Origin: Bacteroidales bacterium
Lineage (GTDB): Bacteria > Bacteroidota > Bacteroidia > Bacteroidales > UBA12077
Reading direction: 5' to 3'
Length of the DNA stretch: 64,000 nt
Assembly (NCBI GenBank): GCA_021108325.1
Contig: JAIORB010000133.1
Coordinates: 1,937 to 65,936, forward strand
Shown piece after piece: positions 58,458 through 64,000 of the stretch (position 1 is its first letter; every line of letters starts with the position of its first letter). The notes beneath the pieces are model-generated. The model saw only the letters and a list, made by a program, of their open reading frames with translations, was not told where the DNA came from and made no database searches. The position numbers and the translations under genes were made by a program.

Positions 58458-58910
58458 ATGAATGTAAAAAAAGTTCTTTTTGCAGGTTTAATTTCAGGAC
58501 TTATCATGGGCATTGCATTGTTTTTAAGCGGTGCTATTGCATCAAGGATAGTCTATGGTCCACAAATGGTTCCTGAAGGTAAATTTGAACCTGATCAGAT
58601 CAATGCTTTTTATTTCTTTTGGACCAAATTAGTAATTGGTGGTTTTTTTGGTATTATATTTACTTTAATATACTCGAGATTAGTAAGGTATATGAATTTT
58701 GCAGGCATTCTTAAAGGTTTATTATTTGGTTTTCTACTGTGGTTAATTATTTCGCTTTGGGACATTTCTCATCCTTTGATGTATGAATCTATCGCAACTA
58801 TAAACCAATTATTCTGGAATATTTATACACTTGGCGGCTTTTTGGCTTATGGCGCTATTGTCGGCTTTATCTTTAAGAAATGGATTAAAGAAAATTATGC
58901 AAAAGAATAA
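58458..58910 (+). CDS. Hypothetical 4-TM membrane protein
   Basis: 150 aa, four hydrophobic helices, aggag before ATG. Confidence 0.75.
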   Translation: MNVKKVLFAGLISGLIMGIALFLSGAIASRIVYGPQMVPEGKFEPDQINAFYFFWTKLVIGGFFGIIFTLIYSRLVRYMNFAGILKGLLFGFLLWLIISLWDISHPLMYESIATINQLFWNIYTLGGFLAYGAIVGFIFKKWIKENYAKE

Positions 58911-59000
58911 ATTTACCGGCAGGCTTATAGTGTATTCCATTAAAGCTTGGCAATAATATTAAATAACAAAATTATTAACTAATAACAAGGAGGACTTAAA

Positions 59001-59642
59001 ATGAAAAAATTAACATTACCATTTTTAATTATTATTTTAACTGTTTTAATATGGGCTTGTAGCAGCAGTAATGAAAATCACGGTTTAATAGGTAGTTATT
59101 ATAAAGGACATACTATTAATGCATCCGGTAATATTGATATATCAGGTCTTGAAAAAGTTTTTGAACGAACTGATAGTCTTATAGATTTTTGGAATGGAAG
59201 CGCAAATCATGCATGGAACCCCGTAAAAGAAAGTACGAATGATTATACTGTTGTTTGGAATGGATATATTTATATTGAAGAGCCCGGTCAATATGGATTT
59301 GGAACTATTTCCGATGATGGTTCTGAAGTATGGATTGATGATGATTTAATTGTAGCAAATTATGAATATCAATGGTATGATTGGGAAGATAATATAAGTG
59401 AAGGTGATAATCAGGGCGAAACTTTTCCTTCGCTAATATTAGATGCCGGTTATCACAAAATATCTGTGCGATTTTTTGAAGGTGGTAGTTACGATGGTAT
59501 AATACTATACTGGTTAAAACCGGAAATGGGAGAATCAATTATTCCGTATAATGGAACACACTTTAGTGATATTCCTCCTGTTTTTAACGAAAACACAAAT
59601 TGGGAAATCGTTCCCAATTCAGTTCTGTTTACAAAAAAATAG
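59001..59642 (+). CDS. PA14-domain lipoprotein
   Basis: Lipobox IWAC; GLIGSYY, DYTVVWNGYI..PGQYGF..SDDGSEVWIDD, L.AGYHKISVRFFE. Confidence 0.85.
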   Translation: MKKLTLPFLIIILTVLIWACSSSNENHGLIGSYYKGHTINASGNIDISGLEKVFERTDSLIDFWNGSANHAWNPVKESTNDYTVVWNGYIYIEEPGQYGFGTISDDGSEVWIDDDLIVANYEYQWYDWEDNISEGDNQGETFPSLILDAGYHKISVRFFEGGSYDGIILYWLKPEMGESIIPYNGTHFSDIPPVFNENTNWEIVPNSVLFTKK

Positions 59643-59647
59643 CATTA

Positions 59648-59757
59648 TACCAATTCTTCTTCAAATGGTGTTTTGAAGATTTAGAATGGTTAATGCCGTT
59701 ATATATTCAATCCATATTTGTTTTTCACAAATATGGCAATTTGAATAATAAACGGTA
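59648..59757. mobile_element. MITE (longest copy, 110 bp) with TACC...GGTA ends flanked by TTA
   Basis: tta|taccaattcttcttcaaa ... tttgaataataaacggta|tta. Confidence 0.65.
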
Positions 59758-60022
59758 TTATTTCTAATCAGTGAAATTTCCTCGCAGGCCCTGACAATAT
59801 GTTGGGGCCTTTTTAAGTAAATCACCTAATAGACTGATAGTCACGAGGTGACTTGACAAGAAAAGATGTGCATAACAACCTTTATGTCATTTAGTCACCC
59901 CGTGACTTGCGGATTGTCAATAGAATGAATAGAATAGTCTTTTAATTACAAATTTTGTAATATTGTTTAATATAGAATACCTTTATTGAAACAGTTGATA
60001 GAATACTATTACGTTTCCTTAA

Positions 60023-61336
60023 ATGAAAAACAAAAAGATTATGAGAAAAATAAAAATATTTATAATTATTTGCCTGATTATCAATTCTATAATTGATGTA
60101 AAAGCACAATGTCCAACAAGCAAGTATGGAATTGTCCCTGTGTGGCCACAAGAATGGTCATATACTGATAAAGCAAATTGGTATCAAATGATGAATGACA
60201 AAGGAGCGGGTTATTCTCACTCTATTCTTACCTGGCCTGAATTAGAGGATATTCAAAGTAACGGACAATTATCTGCCTTTGTAAATTCTATTGCTAATCT
60301 GAAAAATGATTATGATTTAAAATATCACTTATTAATCAGAAATCCGAGTACAACAGTAAACCCTGTTCCTGCTGCCTATACCGGGTTAAATTTTGAAGAT
60401 ACTATATTAACAAATGCTTTTTATGATTTTGCAACTGAAATCATAGATTCTTTTGCTGTAGTATTGGATTACCTTACGATTGGTGGTGAATCGGATATCT
60501 ATTTCTATGCTTACCCGAATGAAATAGATGAATATGTTAATCTCCTTTCCGATATAGCAAGTTATGTGCACAGCAATTACCCTTCAATAAAATTTGCTAC
60601 TGTTCTTACTTTTGAACATGGCATCCAAACTAACGATACTTTATGGCAATTAACAAAGGGTTTTTCAGATATGCTTGCTATTACCTACTGGCCACTAAAC
60701 AGTGATTTTACTATTATTCCAACAGCAGTTAATGATGTTGAAAATAATATTGCAGATTTGTTAATTGCAGCAGATAGTAAACCGGTTATAATTAAAGAAT
60801 CAGGTTTGCCATCATCAACAGTACTAAATAGTTCTGAAACAATACAGGCTCAATTTGTTGAAGAATTATTTCATCAAACAATGAACATAAATCAGATTGA
60901 AATTGTCGGTTGGGATTTTCTTGCTGATTTCGATAAAGCAAGTGTAGATTATTGGGTTAACTTTCAACAAATATACACACCGGAATTCAGGGCTTATACG
61001 GAAACTCTCGGGCTAATGGATACTTTGGGCAATCCGAAACCAGCGTATAATACATACTTGCAAATGATGGATACAGTTTGTATGCAAACTGCTGTTATTC
61101 AAACGGAACACAATATTATTAATATAAATATTTATCCAAATCCTGCAAACAATATTTTAAATGTTGAATACAACAAAGAGTTTATTATGGAAATATATAA
61201 TATTACAGGAAAAAAAGTATTAACATCAAATTTTAAACAAACCAATATTTCAGGATTAAATCCTGAAACTTATATAATATTAATAAAAAGTAAAGATGGA
61301 AAATTGTTAAAATCAAAAAAAATAATTAAGAAATAA
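60023..61336 (+). CDS. Secreted glycoside hydrolase-like (TIM barrel, clan GH-A-like) protein with T9SS C-terminal domain
   Basis: Signal peptide; LTIGGESD, ITYWP, KPVIIKESGLPS, LGLMDTLGNPKPAY; CTD IYPNPANNILNV..YNITGK.. Confidence 0.75.
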   Translation: MKNKKIMRKIKIFIIICLIINSIIDVKAQCPTSKYGIVPVWPQEWSYTDKANWYQMMNDKGAGYSHSILTWPELEDIQSNGQLSAFVNSIANLKNDYDLKYHLLIRNPSTTVNPVPAAYTGLNFEDTILTNAFYDFATEIIDSFAVVLDYLTIGGESDIYFYAYPNEIDEYVNLLSDIASYVHSNYPSIKFATVLTFEHGIQTNDTLWQLTKGFSDMLAITYWPLNSDFTIIPTAVNDVENNIADLLIAADSKPVIIKESGLPSSTVLNSSETIQAQFVEELFHQTMNINQIEIVGWDFLADFDKASVDYWVNFQQIYTPEFRAYTETLGLMDTLGNPKPAYNTYLQMMDTVCMQTAVIQTEHNIININIYPNPANNILNVEYNKEFIMEIYNITGKKVLTSNFKQTNISGLNPETYIILIKSKDGKLLKSKKIIKK

Positions 61337-61340
61337 TAAA

Positions 61341-61543
61341 GATTAACAATGCATACTCCGCTAGCGCGCGTTTACTCGCAAGCTCGTGAGAACGCTTCGC
61401 TAAGTTATAACGCGTGTTCCATCAGGTTTGATAAGTATTTACAATCGGTAGCATTTTTTAGTTTCCAATTCTATAATTTTTAACTACTTTAGTCAACTTT
61501 ATGAACATTTTAAGTCGCAGGTCTGTTATACCAATCGTTGGCA
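61341..61543 (+). repeat. Degenerate attC-like region between the GH-like gene and fabH
   Basis: GATTAAC 4 bp after the stop; GTTGGCA at 61537; GC-rich palindromic insert inside. Not homologous to attC1-6. Confidence 0.35.
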
Positions 61544-61570
61544 GCATACATACAAATTTGAACTATAAAT

Positions 61571-62653
61571 ATGAACGGTACTATCTACAGTGTGATTACA
61601 GGAACGGGAAGTTATATCCCAACAAAATGTGTGAGAAACGAAGATTTTCTTAACAATGAATTTTATGAGATAGACGGAAAGAAGCTCGATAAATCGAATC
61701 AGGAAATAATTGATAAGTTCTTGGAAATTACTACTATTGCAGAAAGGCGGTATGTTACGGACGATTTAACAACCTCTGATATTGCTTATTATTCTGCTGT
61801 TGATGCTATTAAGTCTGCAAATATTGATAAAGAAGAATTAGATTACATAATTGTTGCACATAATTTTGGTGATGTAAAAGCTGGCAATAAGCAGTTAGAT
61901 ATTGTACCCAGTTTAGCTGCCCGGGTAAAACACAAATTAGAAATAAAAAATCCCTATACCGTAGCTTATGATTTACCTTTTGGCTGTCCGGGCTGGTTAC
62001 AGGGCATTATTCAGGCTGATTATTTCATAAAATCAGGAGATGCCAAAAAAATACTGGTTATCGGAACTGATATATTATCAAGGATTTCTGATCCGCATGA
62101 CAGAGACAGTATGTTGTACGCCGATGGTGCAGGAGCAACCATTTTGGAAGCTAAGAAGAGTGATACTCCTATTGGAATACTTGCGCATAAAACACGTTCC
62201 GATACATTTTTATATTCCAAAATGTTATTTATGGGTAAATCATATAATCCTGATATTGAAAACAAGGATGACTCTTTTTTAAAGATGAATGGTCGAAAGC
62301 TATATCAATATGCACTTGAAAATGTACCTCAAGCAATAAAAGACTGTCTTGAGAAGAGTAATACTCATCTTAGCGAAATTAAAAAAGTACTAATTCATCA
62401 GGCTAACGGAAAAATGGATGATGCAATGCTGGCAAGGCTTTACAAACTATACGATATAGCTGATCTGCCCGAAAATATTATGCCGATGACAGTTTCATGG
62501 TTAGGCAATTCATCTGTAGCAACCATACCTACTTTATTAGATCTCGTATTAAAAGGTAAGTTGGAACCATACAAAATAAACAAAGGAGATACTTTCGTTT
62601 TCGCATCCGTTGGAGCAGGAATGAATATTAATGCATTGACTTACAAGATGTAA
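61571..62653 (+). CDS. fabH: 3-oxoacyl-ACP synthase III family protein
   Basis: ITGTGSYIP, PFGCPGW (Cys), LYADGAGA, MNGRKLY, IHQAN (His), LGNSSVATIP (Asn), SVGAGM. Confidence 0.9.
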   Translation: MNGTIYSVITGTGSYIPTKCVRNEDFLNNEFYEIDGKKLDKSNQEIIDKFLEITTIAERRYVTDDLTTSDIAYYSAVDAIKSANIDKEELDYIIVAHNFGDVKAGNKQLDIVPSLAARVKHKLEIKNPYTVAYDLPFGCPGWLQGIIQADYFIKSGDAKKILVIGTDILSRISDPHDRDSMLYADGAGATILEAKKSDTPIGILAHKTRSDTFLYSKMLFMGKSYNPDIENKDDSFLKMNGRKLYQYALENVPQAIKDCLEKSNTHLSEIKKVLIHQANGKMDDAMLARLYKLYDIADLPENIMPMTVSWLGNSSVATIPTLLDLVLKGKLEPYKINKGDTFVFASVGAGMNINALTYKM

Positions 62654-62694
62654 TTAAATATTATTAAAAGAGAATTAATTTTATGTAAGAAATG

Positions 62695-63393
62695 CTATTT
62701 TGTTTGAGAATAGTATTCACATTTACTCCAGTCACCAAAGCAATTTAAATTTATAAAATCAACCGGAGTTAGTCCCTTAGTATATTCTTTGAATTTAGGG
62801 CATTTTTCAATAAAAGCACATTTCGATTGTAAGGTCTTCAATATTTCATATTCCTTTTTAAGTTTGTCAATGTTCGAACTATTATGTACCACAGTAGCAG
62901 GATGTCGTAAAGGAAGAATCTTTTTATTTTTTGCAACAAATAATTTTCCAAAGGCTGATTTTAAACCAATTCTGTTGGGAACTTTTAAATCATATAACTT
63001 AAATATGAATTTAGTTACATGATAACCTAAAGTAACTATTATTTCCGGTTTTACTAATTCGATTTCTTTTTTCAGATAAAGCTTGTAACAGGTTTCTATC
63101 TCATCTTGATGAGGTTTTCGGCATTTAGGCAAAAAACATTTAATTATATTCGACAAATAAATAGAATCTCTTTTTAAATCAACATGCGAAAGTAAATTAT
63201 CAAAAACCTTACCTGAAGGACCGATGAACATCTTGCCTTTTTTATCTTCTGTTCTCCCGGGAGCCTGTGCAATGAACATAAATTTTGAAGGGATAAGACC
63301 TTCGCCACAAACTGCATTTATTCTGGTTTCATGCAATCTGCAATATGAGCAATTTTTAATTTGCCGGTTTATTTGTTCAAACTCAATATTCAT
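62695..63393 (-). CDS. Uracil-DNA glycosylase family 4 (Fe-S) with extra C-terminal Cys cluster
   Basis: CSYCRLHETR, IAQAPGRTED..G.MFIGPSG, SNIIKC..P..R.P..EI..C, LRHPA. Start 63393 or 63402. Confidence 0.88.
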   Translation of the reverse strand: MNIEFEQINRQIKNCSYCRLHETRINAVCGEGLIPSKFMFIAQAPGRTEDKKGKMFIGPSGKVFDNLLSHVDLKRDSIYLSNIIKCFLPKCRKPHQDEIETCYKLYLKKEIELVKPEIIVTLGYHVTKFIFKLYDLKVPNRIGLKSAFGKLFVAKNKKILPLRHPATVVHNSSNIDKLKKEYEILKTLQSKCAFIEKCPKFKEYTKGLTPVDFINLNCFGDWSKCEYYSQTK

Positions 63394-63472
63394 TATAAAC
63401 AAATTTAAAGCTAATTCATTAATAGGTCATAAAGTCAATAAATCCGGGAATAAAGGTATTTATTCAATAAAC

Positions 63473-63607
63473 AAAAAAGAGGGTGTCCAAAAAGTAATCT
63501 TTAAATGTTATATTGAGCATGTCGAAATATCTCATTTTTAAATGAATAGATTCTTCGACTTCGCTCAGAATGACAACTCTCAGATCTCTTTGGACACCCT
63601 CTTTTTT
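63473..63607. mobile_element. Nested inverted-repeat element (MITE/REP-like; may act as terminator)
   Basis: Outer perfect 19-bp IR aaaaaagagggtgtccaaa / tttggacaccctctttttt; inner imperfect IR tgttatattgagcatgtcgaaatatct / agattcttcgacttcgctcagaatgaca. Confidence 0.6.
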
Positions 63608-63614
63608 AAATATA

Positions 63615-64000
63615 TTAATATAAAGTTATCTTATTGGTCAGGATTGTATTTTTATTTTGTATCGATAAAATATAAACACCTTTATCTAATCCTGATAAAT
63701 CTAATGTTTTAATACCTGTTAAGTTTTCCAGATATTCAGAATATACTACCTGGCCTGTTACATTAATAATTCTAATCCATGTGTTTTCAATTGTATTGCT
63801 AAACTCAAGTTTGAGGATACCATCTGTCGGGTTGGGATATATGGAAATATCATCCATTACCAAAGTCTCAATTGCATTAGCACTGCTGACATTTACATTT
63901 ATCATATCACTTGTAATACAATTACTTGTAGTTGAATTATTTGTAACACTTACACTATAAGTATAAGACCCGACACCCAGTGTTGTTGCGCTCACCGTTA
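63615..64000 (-). CDS. C-terminal part of a T9SS-secreted protein (5' end outside window)
   Basis: ISIYPNPTDG...IINVTGQVVY...LDLSGLDKGVYIL...TNKI; the frame is open to the window edge. Confidence 0.85.
   Translation of the reverse strand, partial: TVSATTLGVGSYTYSVSVTNNSTTSNCITSDMINVNVSSANAIETLVMDDISIYPNPTDGILKLEFSNTIENTWIRIINVTGQVVYSEYLENLTGIKTLDLSGLDKGVYILSIQNKNTILTNKITLY

Noticed and set aside
41135-58460. An integrase or transposase gene serving the array
   Set aside because: No ORF with tyrosine-recombinase (R..H..R..Y) or DDE motifs was recognised in this region or elsewhere in the window.
59838-59907. Pair of agtcac.nn.gtgact palindromes as a regulator binding site
   Set aside because: Could equally be a REP doublet; only two copies and no way to discriminate from the sequence alone.

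Overview
AT-rich genomic window, most likely from a Bacteroidota (Bacteroidales/Marinilabiliales-like) bacterium, judged from T9SS C-terminal domains, TAnnTTTG -7 promoter boxes and Y_Y_Y beta-propeller sensors. Ordinary content includes rplS, tRNA-Arg(ACG), anmK, a C69 dipeptidase, an Fe-ADH, an AsmA-like protein, a TetR-MMPL-LolA-like-OMP operon, a TetR-TolC-HlyD-ABC efflux operon, fabH and a family-4 UDG. Four things stand out. (1) A four-gene NHLM-type peptide export cluster (6377-14736) is followed by two 42-aa double-glycine precursor peptides that the ORF track missed (14827-14955, 15264-15392). There is no modifying enzyme in the window, and the HlyD adaptor carries a SPOR-like tail. 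(2) An integron-like cassette array with no integrase (41280-48750) has six attC-like sites with the diagnostic R''/R' complementarity and carries a putative Abi gene and a YefM-YoeB toxin-antitoxin pair. It is headed by a 112-bp attI-like segment that recurs at 58276-58387 and ends at the G|TT crossover in both copies. (3) A small GIY-YIG nuclease gene lies between a disrupted 5' copy and an intact copy of tRNA-Arg. Two families of 14-20 bp mini-palindromes have inserted into that tRNA copy, attC sites, MITEs and a terminator. (4) Two tandem histidine kinases share near-identical signal peptides and about 490-aa C-termini but have different sensor domains. All calls come from reading the sequence; no database searches were run.
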